A stretch of 64,000 nucleotides of DNA from assembly GCA_003599255.1 (NCBI GenBank), contig QZJF01000017.1, positions 113,278-177,277 of the forward strand, given 5' to 3'. The notes under the pieces were generated by a model. It saw only the letters and a program-made list of their open reading frames with translations, was not told the DNA's origin and did not search any database. The stretch is from a candidate division WWE3 bacterium. GTDB lineage: Bacteria > Patescibacteriota > WWE3 > UBA101185 > UBA10185. A program made the position numbers and the translations under genes. Within the stretch, counting starts at the first letter, position 1. Each line of letters starts with the position of its first letter. Below, piece after piece: positions 28,163 through 36,962 of the stretch.

Positions 28163-29670
28163 TTAATATGAACTTATTTAAAAAGATTTTAAAAAGTATA
28201 GATTTTTCCGGTCCGCACAGGAAATACCCATTTATATTTATTAATGGTGCTTTAATATTATTTCAAGTCTTGTATATCTGGCTCCGCTACAAATATATAA
28301 ACACTACGATTCCTTTTTGGTACGTATTGCCCTGGGGGGATTTCCAGTTAGCATCAAAAGATGCTATCTACCTTCTGCCGCTGACATCAGCAGGAATTCT
28401 GGCGGCGGGGCTGATAATTTCATTACTCGTTAACCGATTTTATATCAGGTACTCATCAGAAATAGTGGGTATTTTTACCACCTTTAGTGTTTTTGCACTA
28501 ACTTATTCTTTAGTGAGAATCATACTCATATCTTCCGTACCATTTGATCCGATAATTAATCCAACCCTACTTTCTTTATCAGTCCCGTTTATGATAGCTT
28601 TTGCTACCGCATATTTTCTTATTCCGCTTTTCATAGAATATGCCAAAGATAAGGGACTTGTTACAAATCCTAACCTTCACATGCACCCAGCAATGGTTCT
28701 TATAAAACCTTCAGTGCGCGGAGCAGGTTTTGTTTACGCAATAATATTTCTAGCATTGACTTTGATTTTTGTTGGTTATTCGAAAAACACGGCCGGTATT
28801 TATTTGTCAGTACTTATGCTCGGAATTCTTGGGATCGTGGATGATTATCAAAATACTCATCAGAAGTCTATGTTCAGAATCCTTGAAAATCCTCTACTTA
28901 GATTATTTCTTCTTTTCTGTGGTGTTTCTGCGGTCGTACTTTCCGGAATTCAGATAGAATTTGTAAGCAATCCGTTTGCTAAGGGTACGTTTGACCTTTT
29001 AACTTTCACAATTGAGATTGGGGGCAGCGCGATACCTGTATTGGCCGATATTGTGACTATGTTATGGATAGTTTGGTTATTAAATTTGTTATCCTGGTCC
29101 AATGGTATTGATGGCCAATATAGCGGGATAATAGGTATTTCATCGATCTTTCTGTGTCTCTTAGCACTCAGATTCGTGCCTTTGGAACCGATACATTTAC
29201 AAGTTGCCACTATGGCTGCCATAAGTGCCGGTATAGCTCTTGGATTTACAAAGAAAACGTGGTATCCGTCCAGCGTGATGTGGGGCTTTGGGGCCATGTC
29301 TGCAGGGCTTGTTGTGGCAGTGTTGTCGATTCTGATAAATACCAAAGTTGTAACAACCGTTCTTTTCCTGCTAATACCTTTCTTAGACGGTGCGGTAACA
29401 ATTATACGGAGGATAATCCAAAAGAAGAATCCTTTATCCGGAGATAGGGGACATTTGCACCATCTTCTTCTTGACCGTGGGTGGAGTGTTCCAAAAATAG
29501 CGATGTTCTATTGGTTAAGTACGGCCTTGTTCGGTATTATCGGGCTGATATCCTCGGATAAGTACATAATCCAGGTTGTTCTAATATTGGGGGGAGTAGT
29601 CGCCTCTCTTATAGTGCTATTGAACTTGAGATCAATAAAAAAGCAAAAGCAGATACAAGAATCTGTGTGA
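28159..29670 (+). CDS. Polyprenyl-phosphate sugar-1-phosphate transferase (MraY/WecA family) with ~200-aa N-terminal membrane extension
   Basis: IVDDYQN (DD motif), NLLSWSNGIDGQYSG (N..N..DG.DG motif) and GDRGHLHHLLL (His-rich motif) match the MraY/WecA/WbpL superfamily signatures. Confidence 0.65.
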   Translation: MINMNLFKKILKSIDFSGPHRKYPFIFINGALILFQVLYIWLRYKYINTTIPFWYVLPWGDFQLASKDAIYLLPLTSAGILAAGLIISLLVNRFYIRYSSEIVGIFTTFSVFALTYSLVRIILISSVPFDPIINPTLLSLSVPFMIAFATAYFLIPLFIEYAKDKGLVTNPNLHMHPAMVLIKPSVRGAGFVYAIIFLALTLIFVGYSKNTAGIYLSVLMLGILGIVDDYQNTHQKSMFRILENPLLRLFLLFCGVSAVVLSGIQIEFVSNPFAKGTFDLLTFTIEIGGSAIPVLADIVTMLWIVWLLNLLSWSNGIDGQYSGIIGISSIFLCLLALRFVPLEPIHLQVATMAAISAGIALGFTKKTWYPSSVMWGFGAMSAGLVVAVLSILINTKVVTTVLFLLIPFLDGAVTIIRRIIQKKNPLSGDRGHLHHLLLDRGWSVPKIAMFYWLSTALFGIIGLISSDKYIIQVVLILGGVVASLIVLLNLRSIKKQKQIQESV

Positions 29671-30085
29671 GTAAACCGAAAATAACCGGCGCAGAAAATT
29701 GGAGTGCACTTTGTATTTTTCCAAGTAGTTTTGAGATAAAGTTAGGATTTTTACTAAACATGACCGGTGCCGTAAGTGCATCAGGCAAGACTGCAGCTAT
29801 CCCGCACAAAAATATGTTCAAAGCTAAGGACGCATCTCCCGCTATCCAGAGCGCATACAAAGTGAAAAACGTTCCGGTTGCTATCCCCAAACCGAAATCT
29901 GCCATAACGGCAATCGGCCTCCATCCGGTTTGTCTCTGCTCGATCGTAGTATCAGTGTAAAAATCCCAATGCGGAACCATATCCCCCATAAAATGCATCA
30001 CAAACGCAAGGGGAACCGCAATTTGAGGGTTGGGTATCGACGCACCTATAGCTATTCCGACCAATGTATGTGGTGTCAGCAACAT
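29609..30085 (-). CDS. Hypothetical membrane protein (possible DUF457-like hydrolase)
   Basis: HTLVGIAIG...MHFMGDMVPHWD His/Asp cluster and four TM helices. Convergently overlaps the MraY-like gene's 3' end by 62 nt. Confidence 0.3.
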   Translation of the reverse strand: MLLTPHTLVGIAIGASIPNPQIAVPLAFVMHFMGDMVPHWDFYTDTTIEQRQTGWRPIAVMADFGLGIATGTFFTLYALWIAGDASLALNIFLCGIAAVLPDALTAPVMFSKNPNFISKLLGKIQSALQFSAPVIFGLLTQILVSAFAFLLISSSIAL

Positions 30086-30217
30086 GACATCAAGGATACT
30101 ACAGTTTTTTCGAGCAGTAAATTTTGTATTAGCCGCCGGGTTTTTCTTTTTTTTAATTTTCTTTTAACATAAAATAAGTAAAACTTTTGTAATATAGTAT
30201 TTAGTAAGGGGTCTGCC

Positions 30218-30883
30218 GTGCGAATGTTACTTATCGAAGATGAGACAGAATATATTGAACCCTTTATAACGGAAATCGAAAAGCAATACGTTGTTGACGT
30301 GGCCTATAACGGAATTGAAGGTTCTTATTTGTCGTCGATAAATGAATACGATGTAATTATTCTGGACACCAGTCTCCCGGATATGGATCCCGTAGTACTG
30401 TGCAGTGACGCCAGGGCGTGTAATATATCAAGTCCGATATTACTATTGTCCGACAGAGGGACCTCTAACAGTGCGATAAAATCTCTTGAGGCGGGGGCGG
30501 ACGCACTGCTTTATAAGCCGGTAAAATCCCACGAACTTTCGGCGCAGGTTTCTGCGCTCATAAGAAGATCCAACGGTCTTCCGGTCCCTCAAATAAAAAT
30601 TGGTGAATTCGTGATCAATATTTTTTCAAAAACCGTCTTTTGCCAGGGAAAGCCAATTAAGATTAGGCGTAAGGAATACGATATTTTAGAATATTTGTGT
30701 GTAAATTTGAACGAGACCGTTACTAAAGAAAAACTGCTCGAGCACATTTGGGGAGACGGAATTTATATGCAGTCAAATACTTTGGAAGTGCATGTTAGAA
30801 ATTTAAGAAAGACATTAAGTAACTTTTGTGACAAAGAGCTAATTAAGACTGTACGCGGTTACGGATACAGAATTGAATCCTAA
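30218..30883 (+). CDS. OmpR-family response regulator (orphan in this window)
   Basis: Receiver domain (LLIEDE...IILDTSLPDMD...LYKPV) plus a winged-helix output ending in TVRGYGYRI. GTG start inferred from the track. Confidence 0.8.
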   Translation: MRMLLIEDETEYIEPFITEIEKQYVVDVAYNGIEGSYLSSINEYDVIILDTSLPDMDPVVLCSDARACNISSPILLLSDRGTSNSAIKSLEAGADALLYKPVKSHELSAQVSALIRRSNGLPVPQIKIGEFVINIFSKTVFCQGKPIKIRRKEYDILEYLCVNLNETVTKEKLLEHIWGDGIYMQSNTLEVHVRNLRKTLSNFCDKELIKTVRGYGYRIES

Positions 30884-30947
30884 AACAAAGGCGTTCGCTC
30901 CCCAAAATTTTGGAAAATTGAACGCCCTCTTGCATTGCGGCAGGTCT

Positions 30948-31268
30948 TTAGTTGCGTGTTTGCTTTACGCCCTTGATTACACTGCCTTTGGTTGCCGAGA
31001 TGGTTTGTGATCCTGATCCGGTTCCGGTGGATTCCTGTTCCACAATTGTTTTTCCGTCAGAATCGATCACGCGAATTGATCCCCGTCCCGTTAAAGACTG
31101 ATCTACAACCTGGTTGTTCTCGATAATCAGGCGGGCCAGTCCTTTCCATCTGACCAAGTGGGTAGTGGTATCAATGGGAATTACGTCCGGCGCACCCATG
31201 TCTTTTTGGTACAGAATTGTCAGGCGCTGCACTTCAAGAACGTCCATCTCAACAGAATCCGCATCCAT
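30948..31268 (-). CDS. Hypothetical protein (106 aa) in a GC-rich island
   Basis: Strong SD (AAGGAGG) upstream of the ATG at 31268 and a hairpin plus T-run downstream. No recognisable motif. About 45-50% GC against a genome background near 37%. Confidence 0.35.
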   Translation of the reverse strand: MDADSVEMDVLEVQRLTILYQKDMGAPDVIPIDTTTHLVRWKGLARLIIENNQVVDQSLTGRGSIRVIDSDGKTIVEQESTGTGSGSQTISATKGSVIKGVKQTRN

Positions 31269-31431
31269 TTGTGTGCCTCCTTTTTTCTAAAGAGTCCGAT
31301 GAGTTTCCATATTATATATCCCATAGCCAGTCATGTAAAATGGCGCGGTTTAAACAAAGTTGCTCATTTTATCCTAATTGATACAATACCTTAACCCCGA
31401 ACTAGCACAACTAAAAAGGAAGGAGGTAGCC

Positions 31432-31668
31432 GTGAGCAAAGGTAAAGGACACAAGGCCAGGCCAAACATTCCCAAGAAAAAGACTGCCCAATGTGCACTA
31501 TGCGTTGAAGCACAAGGGATCATTAAGGGCACACGTCCGGAATCCTGGGGTAGAACCGTCGGGTGGGCATGGGATCATATTGATACCTGCAAGACCGAAT
31601 ATGCCGCGCAGATTAAAAGGAAAATGCGTGCCAGTACCCCAAAAATTCATTTCGTTAAGAAAGGGTAA
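31432..31668 (+). CDS. Small basic Cys/His-containing protein (about 78 aa), hypothetical
   Basis: Likely GTG start at 31432 with SD GGAAGGAGG 8 nt upstream; the track's ATG at 31378 has no SD. C-x2-C...H-x3-C arrangement (QCALC...HIDTC). Followed by a strong terminator. Confidence 0.35.
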   Translation: MSKGKGHKARPNIPKKKTAQCALCVEAQGIIKGTRPESWGRTVGWAWDHIDTCKTEYAAQIKRKMRASTPKIHFVKKG

Positions 31669-31697
31669 AGGAATGTTCGGAGAATGCACTCGGCTAT

Positions 31698-31755
31698 GGG
31701 GCAGGTCCGTTAATATCACTTAACCTATGATATGCGAACCTGCCCTTTTGTTTTT
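31698..31755 (+). terminator. Rho-independent terminator
   Basis: GGGCAGGT ... ACCTGCCC stem (8 bp, with an internal ATATCA/TGATAT sub-stem) followed by TTTTGTTTTT. Confidence 0.5.
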
Positions 31756-31797
31756 AAGTTGTGAAAATCACAAAAACCTAATAATATTCTAATTGTA

Positions 31798-32751
31798 ATG
31801 ATAAATATCCTCTATCAAATAATCCGTACGGCCCGTCCGAGACAATGGCTAAAAAATTTCAGTCTTTTTGCTGCGGCTTTGTTTTCGGGCAGAATACTGA
31901 TGCAATCAGTATTTTTCAACAGCGTTGATGCTTTTCTTGCTTTCTGCGCCATATCTTCCGGGGCCTATTTTATTAATGATATTATCGATGCACCTAAAGA
32001 CAGGCAGCACCCTGTAAAAAAGAACAGGCCAATTGCCTCAGGAAAACTACCTGTCTGGATAGCATGGGTATCCGCAATAGTTTTGATAGCGTGGTCTTTG
32101 TTTTTTTCCGCAAATAATATTGGCAGCTATTTCACGTTTACCCTTGTTGTTTATATAGTCATGCAGTTGTCTTATTCGCTGTATTTTAGGAACGTGATAA
32201 TAATGGATTCACTTGTTGTCGCGTCAGGTTTTGTTATCCGCGTTTTTGCGGGGGGTTTCGCTTCAAATACGTCAATTTCTTCGTGGCTTGCTTTAACTAC
32301 AATCGGTATTTCACTGCTCCTTGCATTTGGCAAAAGACGCTCAGAGAAAACACTGGTTTCTAAATACAGTGAAAGCAACGATAACGCTACCAGAAAAACA
32401 CTTCGTCATTACCCTGATAATCTTTTGGACAGCATGATTTCTATGGCCGCAACTTATACAATAATCACTTATTCACTGTTTACTTTTCAGGCGTCGCCTC
32501 AATACGTCAGCAGCGAATTGTCTTCTATTCTCCCTTCGATTTTAAGAAGTCCCAAATGGATGATGCTTACAATACCTTTTGTGATTTATGGTGTAGCACG
32601 ATATTTGTATATCATTTACGAAAAACAAGAAGGTGAGTCACCTGAAAGAGTTCTGCTATCCGATAGGCCTTTACTTCTAACGGTTGTACTGTGGTCGCTG
32701 GCGGTATTTGCGATAACCTATTTAATTCCCGGCGGGATCCAAAACGGCTGA
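31798..32751 (+). CDS. UbiA-family prenyltransferase (decaprenyl-phosphate phosphoribosyltransferase-like)
   Basis: RPRQWLKN near the N-terminus and NDIIDAPKDRQHPVKKNRPIASG (the Asp-rich UbiA motif), in a polytopic membrane protein. Confidence 0.65.
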   Translation: MINILYQIIRTARPRQWLKNFSLFAAALFSGRILMQSVFFNSVDAFLAFCAISSGAYFINDIIDAPKDRQHPVKKNRPIASGKLPVWIAWVSAIVLIAWSLFFSANNIGSYFTFTLVVYIVMQLSYSLYFRNVIIMDSLVVASGFVIRVFAGGFASNTSISSWLALTTIGISLLLAFGKRRSEKTLVSKYSESNDNATRKTLRHYPDNLLDSMISMAATYTIITYSLFTFQASPQYVSSELSSILPSILRSPKWMMLTIPFVIYGVARYLYIIYEKQEGESPERVLLSDRPLLLTVVLWSLAVFAITYLIPGGIQNG

Positions 32752-33006
32752 TTCGGTGGATTCTTCAACAGTTTCCTTATAGTCTTTAACCCCTGTAGTT
32801 TTCAGTTTAGGTTTTGGGATATCTGATGTGTTTTCAGGAGCAACATACTTTTGAGTATTGGTGTCTTGTGTGGATAACACTTCCTGATTTTGTATATTTC
32901 CTACTTTCATTAGCCCAAAAGAGCCAATAGGGATTACAAGCATACCCAAAAGAACTAAAAGAAGCATGGCGTCAAAGATTACCTTCGATATTTTATGCAT
33001 ATTCAT
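32722..33006 (-). CDS. Small secreted/membrane-anchored protein, hypothetical
   Basis: One N-terminal TM helix; 94 aa. Confidence 0.25.
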   Translation of the reverse strand: MNMHKISKVIFDAMLLLVLLGMLVIPIGSFGLMKVGNIQNQEVLSTQDTNTQKYVAPENTSDIPKPKLKTTGVKDYKETVEESTESAVLDPAGN

Positions 33007-33578
33007 ATCAGGTGCGTATCCTTTCCTGTTTCCAAATATTCCAGTGTATCGTCGTAAACAGCCTCTCCCTCGTCGTTTACCTTTATTTCGTTTTCCACAT
33101 CTATTACTAATAAGACTGTGGATATAAGTGTTAAAGCCAGAGCACTATAAAATACCCACGGATACATAAGTTTAAAAAGATACATAAACCCTGTGGCAAA
33201 AGTAATCAGATATGAGTACGAGAGCCAAATTGAACCTTGTGAGTACAGGTCGAACGAAGATTGAATAAAACTGGATAATTTCAGTGTAAATAATTTAGCT
33301 GTCATACCCGGAGTTATATGTGATTCGTGAAACATATACGATTTAAGCAATATATACAATAGTCCCACGGTTAGAATTACCACCATTACAAAAGTGGAAT
33401 ACGAGTTAACAAGAATGTAATCCTCCTGGGAATTAAAAACAAAACCTCCGGGTCCGATTCTGAAGTTGATGTCAAAGTATCTGGAAATCATCACTACGGA
33501 AATAAGTCTGGTCGACAATAAAAGAATTGCCGGTGTAATAGATTGGTCTACAAGTTTGACTAATATCCTAGAAAACAT
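33003..33578 (-). CDS. Hypothetical polytopic membrane protein
   Basis: 191 aa with about 5 TM helices and an acidic C-terminus. Confidence 0.3.
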   Translation of the reverse strand: MFSRILVKLVDQSITPAILLLSTRLISVVMISRYFDINFRIGPGGFVFNSQEDYILVNSYSTFVMVVILTVGLLYILLKSYMFHESHITPGMTAKLFTLKLSSFIQSSFDLYSQGSIWLSYSYLITFATGFMYLFKLMYPWVFYSALALTLISTVLLVIDVENEIKVNDEGEAVYDDTLEYLETGKDTHLI

Positions 33579-33616
33579 AGGCAGGTAATTTAAACTACTT
33601 ACATTATAATACTAGC

Positions 33617-34891
33617 ATGAAACTTTTAAATCTTGTTGAAAACAAGTATTTCTACATTTTATCTGTTTTGGTATTTTTTCTTCCTTTAACTTACTCTAGA
33701 AGTACAAACGAATTGTTTGAATTTCCCAAGATGTTTTTTGTTTATTTTGCAGGGACAATTTTGGTCACCGCTTTCGCTGTTGAAGTAATCCTAAGAAGCA
33801 CAAAAATCAAAAAAATAGCCTTTTTACCATTGGTATATTTATTTACATTTCTTTTGTCAGTAATATTTTCTTCGCACATATACACTTCTTTGTGGGGGTA
33901 CTACACAAGATTTAATGACGGACTTTTATCGGTTTGCTTTTTTATTTTTATATATTTCGTCATAAAAAACGTTTTGTCGAAAACTCAAACAGACGCATTA
34001 CTGAAGATATCCGTAACAACACTGATTCCTGCAGGGATAATTTCTATTGCCCAGCATTATGGTATTAGTGCATTGTGGAGCAGTACTCCGGTTGAGAGGG
34101 CATTTTCTACATTCGGTCAACCCAACTGGTTTGCGCAATACGTTGTTTTGATCCTTCCTCTAAGTATTTATTATTACGTTTTTGATCGCAATTCCCTGTT
34201 TTGGTTTACGACTTCAGTCATTGGGTTTGCCGGAACGTGGTTTTCTTATTCTTTATCTGGATTGCTGGGACTGTTGATAAGTTTGTTAATATTTGCCCTT
34301 TTATTAACTGGAAAAATTTTAACCGATAGGGGTAAGTTTAAAAAAATTGTAATTTTATTCACAATATATTTTTTAATAGGGGTACTAAATCCGGGGTTAC
34401 TCACAGACAGATTTCACGATTTAAATCAGGATATCCACAAATTCTTTGTAATCACACCAAAAGTGTATGCGCAGGAGTTATCCGGCACTTCAGAATATAG
34501 GGTTTCGGACCCAGGGTTTATCAGGTCGGGATTGTGGCAGGGGACATTGAATCTGATCTTTTCTTCACCAAAAGTATTTTTGATTGGCACCGGTCCTGAA
34601 ACATACCCTTACGAATTTCAACCTTTTAGAACCGGAGATATTAATTATTCTTCGGAGTGGAATTTTGTAATGAACAAACCTCACAATTATTATCTTGAGA
34701 TATGGTCGGAACAAGGGATACTTGGTCTATTTACGTACATATTGCTTATCTTTTGGCTGTATATGAAAACCCCTTATAAATATAAACCGGGTTTGGCCGG
34801 GTTTTATGTGACTAATATATTTGGGTGGCCGACGGTAGCAACAAGTCTGCTGTTTTGGATTTTATTGGCCGGAACGGAGGCAGATAAATGA
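33617..34891 (+). CDS. O-antigen ligase/polymerase-like (Wzy_C-type) membrane protein
   Basis: About 10-12 TM helices with one larger external loop in the C-terminal half (YAQELSGTSEYRVSDPGFIRSGLWQGTL...), resembling the O-antigen ligase domain. Confidence 0.5.
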   Translation: MKLLNLVENKYFYILSVLVFFLPLTYSRSTNELFEFPKMFFVYFAGTILVTAFAVEVILRSTKIKKIAFLPLVYLFTFLLSVIFSSHIYTSLWGYYTRFNDGLLSVCFFIFIYFVIKNVLSKTQTDALLKISVTTLIPAGIISIAQHYGISALWSSTPVERAFSTFGQPNWFAQYVVLILPLSIYYYVFDRNSLFWFTTSVIGFAGTWFSYSLSGLLGLLISLLIFALLLTGKILTDRGKFKKIVILFTIYFLIGVLNPGLLTDRFHDLNQDIHKFFVITPKVYAQELSGTSEYRVSDPGFIRSGLWQGTLNLIFSSPKVFLIGTGPETYPYEFQPFRTGDINYSSEWNFVMNKPHNYYLEIWSEQGILGLFTYILLIFWLYMKTPYKYKPGLAGFYVTNIFGWPTVATSLLFWILLAGTEADK

Positions 34892-35481
34892 AAAAATTAC
34901 TTTTGACAATGCTTGTTATGTTTGTCGGTTTTTACATGATTAAATATTTTTCTTCAGTTTATTCAGCGGACGTTGCATTTGAGGAGGGGCAAAAATATAT
35001 GTCTGCTGGAGATTATGAAACTGCTTTGTTAAAGGCTAATAAGTCAATTCGTCTTAATCCCATGGAACCGAATTATTACAGGGGACGCGCTAAAGTATAC
35101 CTTGCGTATCTTGTCGAGGTGAACAACAGAGACTCACAGAAGATTCTGAAACAGGCCGCACTAGAAGACTTAAAAACCGCATATTCTCTGAATCCTCACA
35201 ACCTGGTGACTATCAGAAATTCTATTCCTCTATATTATTTTCTAGCCGCCGAGGATTTAACAAGACCGGGAAATGAGGACAATGTTGATGAAGAATTTCT
35301 ACCCGAGACGATTTATTTTTATAAATTAGTGAAAGACATTTCTCCAGATGATGTCGGTGTTTATGTATTACTAGCAAAATATGAAAAAAGATTAGGTTTG
35401 TTTGAAGCTTATCAGGAGAGTGTAGAAAAGGTGAGGGAATTACGACCGGACCTTTTGGAATGGCACGAGTCGTTTAAGTAA
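34888..35481 (+). CDS. TPR-repeat protein with N-terminal signal/anchor
   Basis: Repeated 34-residue helical pattern (YETALLKANKSIRLNP..., NYYRGRAKVY...). 4-nt overlap with the upstream gene. Confidence 0.55.
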   Translation: MKKLLLTMLVMFVGFYMIKYFSSVYSADVAFEEGQKYMSAGDYETALLKANKSIRLNPMEPNYYRGRAKVYLAYLVEVNNRDSQKILKQAALEDLKTAYSLNPHNLVTIRNSIPLYYFLAAEDLTRPGNEDNVDEEFLPETIYFYKLVKDISPDDVGVYVLLAKYEKRLGLFEAYQESVEKVRELRPDLLEWHESFK

Positions 35482-35601
35482 CACTACAAAGTTACATTGG
35501 CACCTACTTCTTTTTCCGGAAAAAAACTACTAACGGAAGTGCTAAACCCCAGCGATTCTAATAATTCAAAAAAAATTTGATTTGTAACTTGACATATAGG
35601 C

Positions 35602-36786
35602 TTACTCTGTCACTTCGACATAATCTGCAGAGACCCAGCCTTCTACTGTATCCGAAACCCTGATTTTTACCCAGCCTGTTGTTTCTTCCAGGACAGGATA
35701 ATCGGTGCCGACGTTCACACGAGCTATCTCGGTTCCGTTAAGGCCGGCAATGTCACGGACTCGCAGCCACCCGGTACCTGTTTCTATTACCTTTGCCTTT
35801 TTACCACCAATTCCTGCCGCGGTTTGAAATGTCTGCAATGTCGTCTTAGCTTCAGGAGTTAGCCCAGCCCCATCTGACATTCGCCCGAGATACGCTCCTT
35901 TATCAACGTCTTTGAAGTTTTTATAGTCGTCTTTGTTTTCTACAATATTGCCCTCGTTATCAAAGATATTTCCTTTAAAATCTAAGAAGTAATCAAATAA
36001 AGGTTCCTTATTTACGCCAAGATCAGCAATGCTTATTCCCCGGGTCTTGTTCCAGTAATATACTGCACTCGCCCAGCTTTGGGTGTCAGAGACAACGTTT
36101 ACATTGTCTGAGGAAAGATCGTATAAATTGTCGCTTCCTTCAAAAGCCCTTACCTTTGACGGCACAGGTACGGGAAATAGTTTCATAGAAATATTCAGAG
36201 TGTACCCTTTTTTAATGTTAATTCTCGCAGTTTGAGACTCATATCCCGGGAATTCAACCCGTAAATCATATTCACCTTCAGACAATTTGTCTGAAGAGTA
36301 AGGAGTATTATCAACTTCTGAATTATCAATAAATACCATTGCGTCAGATGGTTCGGACAATATTCTTATCACATTGTCTGATTTTTCCTTTTCAAACCAG
36401 AACAACTGGCCGGAAGAGAACATATCGGAAATGCCCAGATCCCGGAAAATCCCAACGGTGTGTATATATTTTTTGTCGTTGGGTATGAAATCAATGGTAG
36501 TTTCATATGTTCTTCCGCCTGCGGAAATGGTAATTTTATTCTCGCCCGGGGCGATTTCTTTGTTGCTATAGGGGGTTGTTCCTACCTTTTCTCCGTTTAG
36601 CGACACATCCGCTTCTGTGTTAAGTACATCTACAGTTAAGGCAGCTTTGCCTTTTAAGTTATCAAGATTCTTAAGGACCTCGGTTCCAAAGTAAATGACA
36701 AGACCTATTCCGGCAATAGCCAGTACATAAAGTATGATGTTAGAAAGCTTATTTGAATTGTTGTTTGAGATTGTTGATACAGACAT
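35602..36786 (-). CDS. PEGA-domain surface protein with C-terminal bacterial SH3 (SH3b) domain
   Basis: Start revised to the ATG at 36786; the track ORF extends to 36939 only by translating the antisense of a tRNA. N-terminal TM, repeated PEGA-like segments (SEPSDAMVFIDNSEVDNTPY, VEFPGYESQT), and a C-terminal GWLRVRDIAGLNGTEIARVNVGTDYPVLEETTGWVKIRV (SH3b-like). Confidence 0.6.
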   Translation of the reverse strand: MSVSTISNNNSNKLSNIILYVLAIAGIGLVIYFGTEVLKNLDNLKGKAALTVDVLNTEADVSLNGEKVGTTPYSNKEIAPGENKITISAGGRTYETTIDFIPNDKKYIHTVGIFRDLGISDMFSSGQLFWFEKEKSDNVIRILSEPSDAMVFIDNSEVDNTPYSSDKLSEGEYDLRVEFPGYESQTARINIKKGYTLNISMKLFPVPVPSKVRAFEGSDNLYDLSSDNVNVVSDTQSWASAVYYWNKTRGISIADLGVNKEPLFDYFLDFKGNIFDNEGNIVENKDDYKNFKDVDKGAYLGRMSDGAGLTPEAKTTLQTFQTAAGIGGKKAKVIETGTGWLRVRDIAGLNGTEIARVNVGTDYPVLEETTGWVKIRVSDTVEGWVSADYVEVTE

Positions 36787-36845
36787 TCCGCTAGTATATA
36801 AGGTATCATGTTGATGGTACAATATCAATTGTCCTTTGGGCACCC

Positions 36846-36919
36846 GGCCTGGTCGCCAAGTGGTAAGGCAAGGGTCTGCAAAACCCTTATCAGGGGTTCG
36901 ATTCCCCTCCAGGCCTCCA
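36846..36919 (+). tRNA. tRNA-Cys (anticodon GCA)
   Basis: 74-nt cloverleaf read by hand: acceptor GGCCTGG/CCAGGCC, D-arm GCC-AAGTGGTAA-GGC, anticodon stem AGGGT/ACCCT with loop CTGCAAA (anticodon GCA), T-arm AGGGG-TTCGATT-CCCCT, discriminator T, encoded CCA. Confidence 0.85.
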
Positions 36920-36962
36920 ATGTTTATCTTGTAAAACACGTATTATTACCTATAATAACAAC

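Noticed and set aside
31493-31723. Overlapping 73-76-aa ORFs on both strands at the 3' end of the small Cys protein gene
   Set aside because: They span the terminator hairpin and overlap the better-supported gene (RBS + terminator) in alternative frames.
35482-35601. Weak hairpin TTCCG-N15-CGGAA between convergent TPR and PEGA genes
   Set aside because: The stem is only 5 bp with a long loop. It is plausible as a bidirectional terminator but too weak to list as a feature.
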